NCBI GenBank assembly: GCA_003153125.1
Contig: PLWW01000018.1
Location: forward strand, 2,723 to 66,722
Direction of reading: 5' to 3'
From: Candidatus Dormiibacterota bacterium
GTDB lineage: Bacteria > Chloroflexota > Dormibacteria > Aeolococcales > Aeolococcaceae
DNA: 64,000 nucleotides
Every line of letters begins with the position of its first letter. Position 1 is the stretch's first letter. The position numbers were made by a program, and so were the translations under genes. Shown in pieces: positions 37,334 to 47,467 of the stretch. The notes below the pieces were generated by a model, which did not search any database, had not been told where the DNA came from, and saw only the letters and a list, made by a program, of their open reading frames with translations.

Positions 37334-38833
37334 ATGGCGACTGTCGTTCAGCCGGCTCGACAGGACGTGGGCTCGCCCATGTCGACGCCGCGAGGTCGCC
37401 TGATCATCGCCATGTGCGCCGTGGTGATCGTGGTGTTGTCCGTCGAAGCCACGGTGGTGGCCGCAACCGGCGGCTCGAAGCTCCTCATGATTGTGCCCAT
37501 CGCGCTTTTTGCGGGGCTCGGTCTCACGCTGCTCGGCGTGGTCAACTTCGAAGGCTTCGTCTATGCCACCATCGTTGTCCGCGCGAGCATGGACATCGTC
37601 AAGACGTCCCCCACCAGCAGCGGCACCGCCGGCGTCAACACCGCTGCGGCCTCGGGTCTCGACCCAGCGGGCGGACTGGCGGTGATATTCATCCTCATGG
37701 CCTTCTTCTGGTACCTGACGCGCAAGCGGGAGGGCCGGGTCGCCCCCCGCGCCTCGATCCATCGTATCTGCCTGATTCTCTTCGCCGGGGCGGGCTACCT
37801 GAGCATCATCGACTCGGCCAGCGTCTCGATCAGTCTGCTCGAGGCGATCCGCGTCACCGCGGTCGTGGTCATGCTCGCCGTTCTCGAAGTTCTACTCGTC
37901 GACCGCGAGAGCATCAAGCGACTTGTCACGGCCATCTACGTCTCAGCGGTGGTGCCGGTCGGGCTGACCATGTTCAACGTGGTCTTTCACCACACACAGT
38001 TCACCAGTGGTGGATTCGATCGCTACCAGGGCACCTTCTCGCAACCCAACCCCTTCGCCATCTACCTGACCATGCTGATTGTGATGGGAGCCGCGCTGTT
38101 CCCCCACCTGACGATCCGCAAGCGTGCGCTGATGGCGTTGCTGCTCATCGGGTGCGTCATCAGCCTGTACTTCACGTACACGCGCAGCGCGTGGATCGCG
38201 GCTGTCATCGGGCTGTTCGCCGTTGCGTACTTCGGCCGCCGCCGCCTGATGCTCGGCATCATGCTGGGAAGCATGCTGCTCTCACTGGTCGCAGTTCCCA
38301 CAATTGCGGCACGCTTCGCCGACCTCGGCCAGGCGACGAACGCCTCTGGCACCGCCTCCAACTCGCTGACTTGGCGCTTCAACTACTGGGGTGAGGTGCT
38401 GCCGCTCGCCAATAAGGATCCCATCACCGGCATCGGCCTGAAGATGAGCTCCTTCGAGACCAGCCAGCAGAAGGAGCCGCACAACGACTTCCTCCGCGCG
38501 TATGTCGAGACCGGGGTGGTGGGCACAGTGGCCTACTTCCTGCTGCTCTTCAGTATGGGAGCGGTGGCCCGGCAGTCATTACGCTTCACCAAGAAGCGTC
38601 ACGGCAGCTACGAGCATTCCATCGCGGTCGGGTTTACCGGGTGCGTGATCGCGTTCGTGCTCATCAGTCTCGTGTCCAACGTGATCAGCGAAGTGATCGT
38701 TCTCTGGTACTACGTCGCGTTCGCAGCGGCGGCGTACGCGGTGACCCAGTACAGGGAGAACGCCATCCTGCGCGGTCTTCCTCCGCCTCCTGACGACGGC
38801 GAGGTTCCCGTCCTCGCGCGTCTCAGCGCCTGA
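37334..38833 (+). CDS. O-antigen ligase/polymerase family membrane protein (Wzy/WaaL-like)
   Basis: A polytopic membrane protein with a large loop carrying ...YTRSAWIAAVIGL... and HNDFLRAYVETG, which are Wzy_C-like motifs. Confidence 0.75.
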   Translation: MATVVQPARQDVGSPMSTPRGRLIIAMCAVVIVVLSVEATVVAATGGSKLLMIVPIALFAGLGLTLLGVVNFEGFVYATIVVRASMDIVKTSPTSSGTAGVNTAAASGLDPAGGLAVIFILMAFFWYLTRKREGRVAPRASIHRICLILFAGAGYLSIIDSASVSISLLEAIRVTAVVVMLAVLEVLLVDRESIKRLVTAIYVSAVVPVGLTMFNVVFHHTQFTSGGFDRYQGTFSQPNPFAIYLTMLIVMGAALFPHLTIRKRALMALLLIGCVISLYFTYTRSAWIAAVIGLFAVAYFGRRRLMLGIMLGSMLLSLVAVPTIAARFADLGQATNASGTASNSLTWRFNYWGEVLPLANKDPITGIGLKMSSFETSQQKEPHNDFLRAYVETGVVGTVAYFLLLFSMGAVARQSLRFTKKRHGSYEHSIAVGFTGCVIAFVLISLVSNVISEVIVLWYYVAFAAAAYAVTQYRENAILRGLPPPPDDGEVPVLARLSA

Positions 38834-38850
38834 CGCGGCTCCGGACCGCC

Positions 38851-40095
38851 GTGAGGATCCTGCACGTCAACAAGTTCCTCTACCGGCGCGGAGGTGCCGA
38901 GGCATACATGGAGGACCTCGCCGACCTCCAGGTCGCTGAAGGTCACACGGTCGCGTTCTTCGGGATGCAGCACCCCAGCAACACCCACCTCGAGTACGCG
39001 CGCCACTTCCCGAGCCACATCGAGATGGAGCCCCCGCCAACCAGCCTGGAGGGCCGCATCCGCGGTGCCGCCCGCATGGTGTACTCGACATCGGCGAGCA
39101 AGGGGATGGACGCGGTCATGGCCGCGTTCAAGCCCGACGTCGTTCACCTCCACAACATCTATCACCAGCTCTCTCCCTCGGTGCTGCGCCCTGTGGCCCG
39201 TCGCCACGTGCCCGCCGTGATGACGCTGCATGACTACAAGCTCGCCTGTCCCACCTACCAGTTCCTCGACCACGGCAGGATCTGCGAGGCGTGTCTCGGC
39301 GGCCGCTTCCACAACGCTGTGCTGCGTCGCTGTAAGGACGGGTCGCTGGCGGCGAGCGCGGCAGCGGCCGGGGAGCTGTTCATCCACACGGCGACGCGCG
39401 CGTACGCGCCGGTGCGGATCTTCGTGTGCCCCAGCCGCTTCATGGCCGACAAGATGGCCGAGGCGAAGGTGTTCCCAGAGCGGCTGCGGCACGTGCCCCA
39501 CTTCATCGACAGCGCAGCCGTGGAGGTGAAGACAACGCCCGGCGGTGCCGTGCTGGTCGCGGGACGCCTGTCTGCGGAGAAGGGGATCGACGTCGCCATC
39601 CGGGCGATCGGCCTCCTCGACGGCGCCACCCTGGACATCGCCGGCACCGGCCCGGAAGAGGCCGGCCTGCGCGCTCTGGCCGAGAGCGCCGCGCCCGGGC
39701 GGGTGCGCTTCCACGGCCTGCTTCCCAAGGAGGGTGTGCATCGCCTCATGCTGAGCGCGGCGGTGGTCGCGGTGCCGTCCCGCTGGTACGAGAACCAGCC
39801 GATGGTCGTGCTCGAGGCCATGGCCCGCGGTCTTCCCGTGGTGGGGAGCGCACTTGGCGGCCTGCCGGAGCTCATCGAGCCGGGCGCAACCGGTGCGCTG
39901 GTGCCTGCCAACGACCCCGCAGCGCTGTCCGCCGCCCTCGCCCCGTTCGTCGCCGACCCTGCGCACGGAATGTCGATGCGCGACCGCGCCCGCGCCCACA
40001 TCGTCAGTGAGTTCTCACCAGAACGTCATCTCGAGCGCATCGACTCCGCCTACCGCGAGGCCGGCGCGCCGATGATGGCGGGCGCGGCGGCGTGA
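38851..40095 (+). CDS. Glycosyltransferase family 4 (GT-B, retaining)
   Basis: MRILHVNKF...GGAE... at the N-terminus and the EX7E motif (ENQPMVVLEAMARGLPVV). Confidence 0.85.
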   Translation: MRILHVNKFLYRRGGAEAYMEDLADLQVAEGHTVAFFGMQHPSNTHLEYARHFPSHIEMEPPPTSLEGRIRGAARMVYSTSASKGMDAVMAAFKPDVVHLHNIYHQLSPSVLRPVARRHVPAVMTLHDYKLACPTYQFLDHGRICEACLGGRFHNAVLRRCKDGSLAASAAAAGELFIHTATRAYAPVRIFVCPSRFMADKMAEAKVFPERLRHVPHFIDSAAVEVKTTPGGAVLVAGRLSAEKGIDVAIRAIGLLDGATLDIAGTGPEEAGLRALAESAAPGRVRFHGLLPKEGVHRLMLSAAVVAVPSRWYENQPMVVLEAMARGLPVVGSALGGLPELIEPGATGALVPANDPAALSAALAPFVADPAHGMSMRDRARAHIVSEFSPERHLERIDSAYREAGAPMMAGAAA

Positions 40096-41234
40096 AGTCC
40101 GCGCGCGTCGCCTTCATCGGTCAGCGCGGCGTCCCCGCAACCATCGGGGGCATCGAGCACCACGTCGAGGAGATCGGCTCGCGGCTGGTGGCGCGGGGCC
40201 ACGAGGTGACCGTGTACACGCGCGGCAACTACACGACCGAGCGCGTCACCGCGCATCGCGGCATGAGGGTGCGCTATGTACCGACCGCGCCCACCAAGCA
40301 CCTCGAGGCGCTCGTGCACAGCGGCCTCTCGACGGCGGCGGCGATGCTGCCGGGCCGCAACGCCGCACAGATCCTCCACTACCACGCCATCGGCCCCTCG
40401 GTGTTCACGCCGCTTCCCCGGCTGCTGTCGCGCCGCCGGGTCGTGCTCACGGTCCACGGCCTCGACTACGACCGCGAGAAATGGGGGCCGGGTGCTCGCA
40501 CCGCACTCCGCACCGCCGGCTGGATCAGCTCGCACGTACCCCACGCAACCATCACGGTTTCTGCCAACCTCGCCGAATACTATCGGGCCCGGTACGGGCG
40601 CGAGGCGGTCCACATTCGCAACGGTGTGACCGCCCCGGTGGTACGCGAGCCGCGGCTGATCACCGAGCGTTGGGGCCTGCGCGGGCGCGACTACGTGCTC
40701 TTCGTGGGACGCCTGGTGCCCGAGAAGGCGCCCGACCTGCTCGTGCGCAGCTTCCGCGACGTGCCCACAGACGCCCGCCTGGTCATCGCCGGGGGCTCCA
40801 GCTTTACCGATGAATACGTCGGCGTGCTCGAGAAGGCCGCGGCAGCCGACCCACGGATCATCCTCGCCGGCTCGGTATACGGCGAGCCCCTGCAGGAGCT
40901 GTACAGCAACGCTGCGGCGTTCGTGCTTCCCTCCAAGCTGGAGGGCCTGCCGCTCACCCTCCTCGAGGCTGCGTCATACCGCGTGCCGCTGATCGCCAGC
41001 GACATCCCACCGCACCGCGAGGTGATCGGCGCCGACGGACCGGGCGGGCGGCTGTTCCACAGTGGTGACGCCCTCGCTCTGCGCGACACCCTGGCGTCAG
41101 TGCTCGGGTCGCTCGACACGGAGCGCGTGGGCGCACGCGCCGTGGGTGACCGCGTGGTCCGTGAATACGACTGGGACCAGGCCACCGACGCAACCGAAGA
41201 GGTGTACGAGCGGTTGCTGGCCGCCGCGCGCTGA
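40092..41234 (+). CDS. Glycosyltransferase family 4 (GT-B)
   Basis: GVPATIGGIEHHVEE..., a C-terminal EX7E-like segment (EGLPLTLLEAASYRVPLIAS). The ATGA overlap with the upstream GT suggests coupling. Confidence 0.85.
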   Translation: MKSARVAFIGQRGVPATIGGIEHHVEEIGSRLVARGHEVTVYTRGNYTTERVTAHRGMRVRYVPTAPTKHLEALVHSGLSTAAAMLPGRNAAQILHYHAIGPSVFTPLPRLLSRRRVVLTVHGLDYDREKWGPGARTALRTAGWISSHVPHATITVSANLAEYYRARYGREAVHIRNGVTAPVVREPRLITERWGLRGRDYVLFVGRLVPEKAPDLLVRSFRDVPTDARLVIAGGSSFTDEYVGVLEKAAAADPRIILAGSVYGEPLQELYSNAAAFVLPSKLEGLPLTLLEAASYRVPLIASDIPPHREVIGADGPGGRLFHSGDALALRDTLASVLGSLDTERVGARAVGDRVVREYDWDQATDATEEVYERLLAAAR

Positions 41235-41333
41235 GTGACGCGCAGCGCGCGGACGGGTCCATCGAGACGCGGCAGGATCCGGCAAACCCCGTGCTACCGT
41301 AGTTTTGTGCTACCCGCAAGAGCTCGACGCGCG

Positions 41334-42425
41334 ATGGATCGGATGGGCGCGGCGGGACGGCTTCTCGTGGTGGCCGCGCTTGTCACGTTGGTGACGGCGT
41401 GCGGCGACTCGCATGCCCTGCAGCCCACTGTCGCCCCGGCGACGCCCACCCCCTTCCCCACCATCAGCGGCAGCCCCACGCCGGCGTCGGACCTCAAGCC
41501 GGCGATCCACGGCCTCGTCGACCGCGACGGCCCGCCCTCGGCGGCCTACCAGGGAGTGGTCAACAACTTCGTTGTCAATGTGCACTGGAGCGACATCCAG
41601 CCGCAGCCGGGTCCGCTCGTGGGGAACAACGCCATCGACCAGGCGATCACGGAGGCCCGCCAGATGAACACCGTCGCCGGACAGCCGCCGGTCGGCATCA
41701 AGATCCGTTTGTACACCGGCGTCTACGCTCCGTCGTGGGCGAAGGCGCTCGGCGGTGGACCGGTGGCGGTGGCGGCCGGCAGCCTGACCGGCACCGTCGG
41801 GCGGTTCTGGACCAATGCCTTCGGCTCCGCGTACGCCGACGTGTGGACGCGCCTCGCCCAGAAGTACGACAGCGTGCCCGAGATCCGCGAGATCACGGTG
41901 TCGCGCTGCATGACCTTCTACGCGGAGACGCTCATCCGCGACACGTCGGACCCGACCACCGGGCAGAACCTGATCAACGCCGGCTTCTCGCTCGACGCGG
42001 ACAGGACCTGCATCACGCAGGAGATCGACCTCGGCTCGGTGTGGCACAAGACGCGGATCGGGATGGCGTTCAACCCCTACGAGGACGTGGTCCCCGGCCT
42101 GCACCTGACCGACGAGGCGTTCACCGAGCAGATGATGCAGTACTGCAGGACCAAGCTCGGCCCGCAGTGCGTCCTCGAGAACAACTCGATCCGCTTCCCG
42201 CCGCAGGCCGGCATGTACGCGCTCATGTACGCGGCGATCACCCGGCTCGGGGCGCCGATCTCGTTCCAGACGGCCACGCTCTCGCGCATCGGCGACCTGA
42301 CCGAGACGCTGAACTGGGCTGTGACGGCCGGCGCGAGTGCCGTGGAACTGCCGGCTGGTTATACAGCGCTGCCGGTGTCCACCCTGGGCGGTCTCGCGGC
42401 GGCGCTCCCGGTGAGCGCGACCTGA
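41334..42425 (+). CDS. Hypothetical lipoprotein (possibly a TIM-barrel glycoside hydrolase-like protein associated with the polysaccharide locus)
   Basis: Lipobox LVTACGDS. The conserved-looking Trp/acidic pattern (WSDIQPQPG, RLYTGVYAPSW, ENNSIRFPP) is suggestive of a glycan-processing enzyme, but no firm family assignment. Confidence 0.5.
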   Translation: MDRMGAAGRLLVVAALVTLVTACGDSHALQPTVAPATPTPFPTISGSPTPASDLKPAIHGLVDRDGPPSAAYQGVVNNFVVNVHWSDIQPQPGPLVGNNAIDQAITEARQMNTVAGQPPVGIKIRLYTGVYAPSWAKALGGGPVAVAAGSLTGTVGRFWTNAFGSAYADVWTRLAQKYDSVPEIREITVSRCMTFYAETLIRDTSDPTTGQNLINAGFSLDADRTCITQEIDLGSVWHKTRIGMAFNPYEDVVPGLHLTDEAFTEQMMQYCRTKLGPQCVLENNSIRFPPQAGMYALMYAAITRLGAPISFQTATLSRIGDLTETLNWAVTAGASAVELPAGYTALPVSTLGGLAAALPVSAT

Positions 42426-42532
42426 GCGATCTCGACGGCTCTGGTGCGCACAGAACGCCGAGCGAGGGCGCAAGCCCCCGCCCGGCGGTTCACACGCGGG
42501 CCGGTCGCGGACCGGTTCGCGAGGCGTGAGGA

Positions 42533-44557
42533 TCAGGCGATGGGACCGAAGCTCCCGGCCAGGTCGCCGTTCACGGCACTCGCGGCTCCGCCGAGGAGAG
42601 CCAGGCCGTAGGCCCGCTCGATGGCGCGCAGCGTGCCGTAGTGGTTGCCACTGGTGGTGACTGCACCCTGGCCCTTGGCGGTGCTGCTGATGACCACGGT
42701 GGGGATCTGGTTGGTGGTGCCTGAGTCGCCCTCGTCCATGGTCACGATGACGGTGGCATTGAAGTTGGTGAACCAGCGCGAGGCGAGCACCGGCGCGAGA
42801 TTGGCCTTCAGCCACGCGTCACCCTGCTGCACGGTACCGTTGTGCATGTCGTCGGTGAGGTTGGGGGTGATCCAGACGAAGCTGGGGTTGCTCGAGTCCA
42901 GTGCCGACGCGATCGAGGTGGCGCCGGGGTACGGCAGCACATGGGCGGCGCAGTCGGTCACTGCAGAGCTGCTCACGAACGGATCGTGCTTCACGACATA
43001 GCCACCGGCGTTGCTCCTGTCGCAGGCTGACGGCATCGACTCCATGTAGGCGGTCCACGAGATGCCGGCCGCGTTCAGCTGGCTGCCCAGGCTGGGAGCA
43101 CCGAAGGCTCCGCAGGTGTCCGAGGTGCACCCCTGGGTGCTGCCACTGGTGAAGGCGAAGTAGTTGGGCTGGCTGGGATGGCCGACGCCGTGCCAGCCGG
43201 TGTAGGTCGCGTACGTCGAGGCGAGGGAGCAGTAGTACGGGTCAGCCGAGCACGTGCCGAGCGTCGCCGCGTAGCCCTTGTTCTCCTCCATCACAACCAT
43301 CACGTGAGGTCTCCCACTCGGGTTTGGCGTGGGAGTCGCGGTTGGGGTGGGGGTCACGGTTGGCGTTGGTGTCGGCGCGGGCGTCGGCGTCGGCCTCGCG
43401 GTCGGCGTCGGGGTCGGCGTGGATGTCGGCGAGGCGGTCGGAGTGGGCGTCGGCGCGGGCGTCGGGGTCGGGTTGGATCCGCTCAGCGGCGCAGAGAGCG
43501 GCACGATCGGGGTTCCGCCCCCGCCGATCGAGGTGGCCGAGTTGTTGTTCACGACATCGAGGTTCTTGAGGATGGTCATGATGTCGTTGGTCCACGGCGT
43601 GCCGCTGACACCGGCGGTCTGGAACGGGAAGCCCCAGGCGCTCTGGAACTGGGCGATCGTCGACTCGCTGCCGGCCTGGGTGTCGATGCTGAAGACGGGG
43701 CGGGCCGTGTCATTGCTGACGTACGCGCCGTAGTGCTGCAACGCCTGTGCCAGGATCAGCCCGGGGCCGGAGAGGCCGAGGGTGGATAGGTCGAGGCTGG
43801 CGGGCAGCGCCAGCAGGGCTCCCATCTTCAACGCGGGGTTGCTGCCACCGTAGCGGGTGGAGCCGTAGCGATCCTCGCGGGTTGCCGGCCAGCGGAAGCC
43901 GCCCGGACCGGCCATGAGGTCGACCTCGCCGTCGATGTTGACGCGCAGCGCGTGGTTGATCGCGCCGCCGGGCACGAGCTCATTGACGCGCAGCACACCG
44001 CCGAGCGTGGAGAGGCCGGAGCCGCCGGCGCCACCGGTGAGGCCGTCACCCGCAATCGAGCCGAAGGCCTTGGCGGACCCGACCGTGGGGGGCGACCCGG
44101 GAGAGCAGCGCGCAAAGGCGCCGCCCTCAACGAGCGTTGTCCCGTCAGCGGCGATGAACGCGTAGCCATTATTGGACGAGGACGATGGCACCACCAACGA
44201 CGTCGGAACGGGCACCAGCGCGACGGGCGTGCCGGCGGTGCAGCGGTTCGAGTGCTGGCCGCCGTTCTTGCTGATCATCGTCGCCGGCGCAGCGGGGTCC
44301 ATGAGGATCACTGTCTGGTCGGGAGTCAGCGCACGGATCGTCGGTGGCGCGATCCTCGCAGCGACGTACATCGCGTTGCTGCCGATGGGCTGGTTCCAGA
44401 TCGACGTGTTCGAGAAGGGCTGCGTGTATGCGTCGCGTCCGTTGCCGGATGCAAGGCCGGTGTTGGCAACCGCCACCGACGGGTGTGACTGCGCGAATGC
44501 CGCGGCCAGGACGAGCGTCGCCGCAAGCGAGATGAACGAGGCACAGCGTCGGATCAT
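42533..44557 (-). CDS. Secreted two-domain protein: N-terminal about 340-aa unknown domain, a PT linker and a C-terminal phosphoesterase-like domain (paralog family member A)
   Basis: Signal peptide [22 protein letters not shown]. The N-terminal domain ([10 protein letters not shown]...[14 protein letters not shown]) is homologous to the C-terminal domain of the 55864-59949 protein. The PTPTP linker is at about 43320-43480. The C-terminal domain has [12 protein letters not shown]...[11 protein letters not shown]...NLTDDMHNG...VIVTMDEGD motifs. Confidence 0.7.
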   Translation of the reverse strand: MIRRCASFISLAATLVLAAAFAQSHPSVAVANTGLASGNGRDAYTQPFSNTSIWNQPIGSNAMYVAARIAPPTIRALTPDQTVILMDPAAPATMISKNGGQHSNRCTAGTPVALVPVPTSLVVPSSSSNNGYAFIAADGTTLVEGGAFARCSPGSPPTVGSAKAFGSIAGDGLTGGAGGSGLSTLGGVLRVNELVPGGAINHALRVNIDGEVDLMAGPGGFRWPATREDRYGSTRYGGSNPALKMGALLALPASLDLSTLGLSGPGLILAQALQHYGAYVSNDTARPVFSIDTQAGSESTIAQFQSAWGFPFQTAGVSGTPWTNDIMTILKNLDVVNNNSATSIGGGGTPIVPLSAPLSGSNPTPTPAPTPTPTASPTSTPTPTPTARPTPTPAPTPTPTVTPTPTATPTPNPSGRPHVMVVMEENKGYAATLGTCSADPYYCSLASTYATYTGWHGVGHPSQPNYFAFTSGSTQGCTSDTCGAFGAPSLGSQLNAAGISWTAYMESMPSACDRSNAGGYVVKHDPFVSSSAVTDCAAHVLPYPGATSIASALDSSNPSFVWITPNLTDDMHNGTVQQGDAWLKANLAPVLASRWFTNFNATVIVTMDEGDSGTTNQIPTVVISSTAKGQGAVTTSGNHYGTLRAIERAYGLALLGGAASAVNGDLAGSFGPIA
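43320..43480. repeat. Low-complexity Pro/Thr-coding linker (PTPTP)n in paralog A
   Basis: GGNGTNGG/CGNCGG-rich simple sequence on the plus strand encodes [47 protein letters not shown]. Similar linkers occur at about 31140-31370, 48900-49020 and 56650-56770. Confidence 0.8.
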
Positions 44558-44903
44558 GTCTGATCCCCTTGTGATGGCAAACGCATACCTAAGAGGAGCG
44601 TCACCGAAAGTTCTGAGTCGGCCCCGGTGTCCAGTGGCTCATCCCGGCTCGACTCAGAACTACTGGTGATGTCACGTGCGGCGGCGTTTGCCGTTGTTCG
44701 ACCTGCGATGCAGTCTGCGAGCCCACTGACGCGATCGATCGCAACGTCGGGTGTCCCGTGACGTCCTCGTTACCGGTATCCGATTGCTCGTCATACCGTC
44801 ACAAGGCGCGGCATCACACATGCCGCCGTGGCTCACCGTCACGCGCCTCGCGTGTCTGTGTGTGCGGAGCGCGCAGCGGCGCGCTACACGCGCAAGCGTT
44901 CCG

Positions 44904-45842
44904 TCAGCCCGTGGATGCTGGCGTGGAGAGTGTTGTGTACTGCAGCGAACGCAGGCGAGTCGCCAGACTGTCCTCCAGGAGCGCGACGCTGGCAGGGTCG
45001 AGGTCGCGGCGGAAACCGTCGACGCGTGATGCCTCGAACGGGTACTGCGCGAACGCTCGTTCGAATTCGTCCGTCCAGCGTAGTCCGCTGAAATCGAGGA
45101 TGTCGCCGATGTGCTTGCGCGGTTCGGCCACCACGTCCTCGTACCTCACACGCAGCCACTGCGACGACGGGACCTGCGTCCGTGCGGTGTCGTACGCATC
45201 GATGAGCAGCTTCCAGCCGAGCCCGGCGAGGGTCACGAACGAGTTGCCGGATGCCTCCCACTCCTCGGCGTACGCCGGCGGCAGCGGCCCGAGGTGCCAC
45301 GCGCCGGGTCCGCGGTAGCCCTGCCACCACCCCATCTGCAGCCACGAGTTGGCAACCGCCCTGCCGTCACGCACCACCTCGACGAACCGGGCGTCGGGGA
45401 AGGCCGCGTGGAGCAGACCGGTACGGGGCCAGCCCGTGAAGTGGTGGACGAATGCAGGCCGGTTCTGCGCCGCCATGCGGCGCTCGAAGAACCCCTGCAG
45501 GCGTCCACTGAGCCAGGGGGTGCAGTCGGCGGCGACCAGGTCGCGGAAGGGCGTGGAGATGATCGGTGACACCTGGCGGTCGAGGATGCTCCACGCCTCC
45601 GAGGGAGCGATGCGGAAGCGGCCGAACTCGATGAGCCGGCGGCGGTCGCGGAACGGACGCATGCGCGGATCGCGCGGGGCCGACAGACGGTGCAGGCCGT
45701 TGTTCCACCGGCCGGCCATGTTCAGGTAGGTCAGCTTGTCGTCGAAGTTGGACACGAAGCCGACGTCGCGGTGGCGGCTGACGACCTCGACGATGGGGGT
45801 TGAGCCGCAGCGACCCGTGCCGATGAAGAAGACGAGCATCAC
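44904..45842 (-). CDS. Sulfotransferase family protein (PAPS-dependent)
   Basis: 5'-PSB loop FFIGTGRCGSTPI with a sulfotransferase-fold pattern. It lies 22 bp downstream of paralog B and is co-oriented with it. Confidence 0.8.
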   Translation of the reverse strand: MMLVFFIGTGRCGSTPIVEVVSRHRDVGFVSNFDDKLTYLNMAGRWNNGLHRLSAPRDPRMRPFRDRRRLIEFGRFRIAPSEAWSILDRQVSPIISTPFRDLVAADCTPWLSGRLQGFFERRMAAQNRPAFVHHFTGWPRTGLLHAAFPDARFVEVVRDGRAVANSWLQMGWWQGYRGPGAWHLGPLPPAYAEEWEASGNSFVTLAGLGWKLLIDAYDTARTQVPSSQWLRVRYEDVVAEPRKHIGDILDFSGLRWTDEFERAFAQYPFEASRVDGFRRDLDPASVALLEDSLATRLRSLQYTTLSTPASTG

Positions 45843-45864
45843 ACCGCAGTGTGGGGCAGCGTCC

Positions 45865-47085
45865 TCACTTCGGGCCGCCGAACAGCGAATTCAGGTCGCC
45901 GTTGGCGCTGCTCGCGGCGCCGCCCAGCAGGCCGAGTCCGAACTCCTCCTCGATGGAGCGCAGGGTGCCGAAGTGGTTGCCGTGTGAGGTGACCACGCCC
46001 ACGCCGTGCGAGCTGCTGGAGATCACCACCATGGGAACCTGGCCGCCGCCAGGTGTGGACTGCGCGTCGTTCTCGTCCATGGTCACGATCACGGTGGCGT
46101 TGGCACCGGCGAACCACGAGGAGGCCAGCACCGGGGCCAGGTTGGCCTTCAGCCAGGCGTCGCCGGCGCTCACGGAGCCGGTGTGCATGTCGTTTGCCAG
46201 GTTTGGAGTGATCCAGACGAAGTCGGGAGCGCCCGGTCCGGTCAGCGCCGACACCAACCCGGCAGCGCCGGGGTACGGGACGTCGACGGTGGCGCAGTTC
46301 GACGCTGCGCGCACATCGTTGAAGTACAGGAACGGGTTGTGCTTCTCCGCGTAAAGGCCGGTGCTGCCGCTTGACGAGCAGGGCGCGGGCATGCTCTCCA
46401 TGTAGGCGCGCCACGGAATCCCGGCGGCGGTGAGCTGGCCGCCCAGGGAGGGCACGTTGAAGGGGCCGCAGCTGGGCGGTGTGCAGTCGCTGCTCACCCC
46501 CTGGGTGGCCCCACTGACGATGGACACGTAGTTGGGCGCGCTGGGATGACTGATGCCGAACCACGAGGTGTCGGTGGCGTAGGTCGCGGCCAGCGAGCAG
46601 TAGTAGGGATCTGCCGAACAGGTGCCCAAGCTGGCCTGGTATCCCTTGTTCTCTTCCACGATGACCATGACGTGCGGGGTGGTGGATGGCGCCGCTGCGC
46701 GGTGGACAGCGGCCGGTTGCGGCGTCGATGTCGACGCAGGGGTGGCCTTGTGGGTCGGGGCGATGACGGCAGCGGGTGCAGTGGGCGTTGACGACGGCCT
46801 CCCTTGTCGTGGCGGGGTCAGGGCCGGGTCATCACCCAGGGTGCTGTTGATGGCCACCGCCTGCGAGGAGGATGGAGTGCGGCTCGATGGAGAGCGCGAG
46901 CCCGGTGCATTCGAATTGACGACGAAGGCGATCACGATGACCAGCATCACGGTTGCCGCGCTCTTGAACACGTGGTCGCTGTGCCAAGCCCTGGCGATCC
47001 GCCGCTTGGCGAATCTCATCTGCGAGCGACGCGGACGGCGGCCGGATCGGTGCCGAGCAAGGCGGATGCGGAAGGCCATGAACAT
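45865..47085 (-). CDS. Membrane-anchored or secreted phosphoesterase-like domain protein (paralog family member B)
   Basis: A basic N-terminus plus TM (VMLVIVIAFVV), a PS/T-rich linker and the domain HVMVIVEENKGY...SAPNYVSIVSG...NLANDMHTG...VIVTMDEND... Confidence 0.7.
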   Translation of the reverse strand: MFMAFRIRLARHRSGRRPRRSQMRFAKRRIARAWHSDHVFKSAATVMLVIVIAFVVNSNAPGSRSPSSRTPSSSQAVAINSTLGDDPALTPPRQGRPSSTPTAPAAVIAPTHKATPASTSTPQPAAVHRAAAPSTTPHVMVIVEENKGYQASLGTCSADPYYCSLAATYATDTSWFGISHPSAPNYVSIVSGATQGVSSDCTPPSCGPFNVPSLGGQLTAAGIPWRAYMESMPAPCSSSGSTGLYAEKHNPFLYFNDVRAASNCATVDVPYPGAAGLVSALTGPGAPDFVWITPNLANDMHTGSVSAGDAWLKANLAPVLASSWFAGANATVIVTMDENDAQSTPGGGQVPMVVISSSSHGVGVVTSHGNHFGTLRSIEEEFGLGLLGGAASSANGDLNSLFGGPK

Positions 47086-47467
47086 GATTCGACGTTAGAT
47101 CGCCGTCCCTCGCGTCGATCGGAGCGTGCTGTTTCGTGGTGGCGAGGTGACAAGCTGGAACACGAGTGTTGTCCGCCGTTTTCTGCTGTCACCACCAGGT
47201 AGGCGCATGCGCGTCGACAGCGCGGTCGTGCAACAGTCCCGGTCCCCTCAATAGTCGCCCCCCAACCAAACCTTAACCCGCCGGGGGGTAGTATCGCGAC
47301 CCTGGGGCGGCGGTTGCAAACGCACCAAACGTCGCAAGGCGGACGCTCGTCGGAGGCAGTTCACGCCCTGAGCGTGGCGACCAGGCTTGGTCCGTCGTGA
47401 CGGACGGGCGGACGGCGGCGCCGGAGATGCCCTTTGTCGGGGGCACGTCGTCGGAGGCTGCGTTCCA

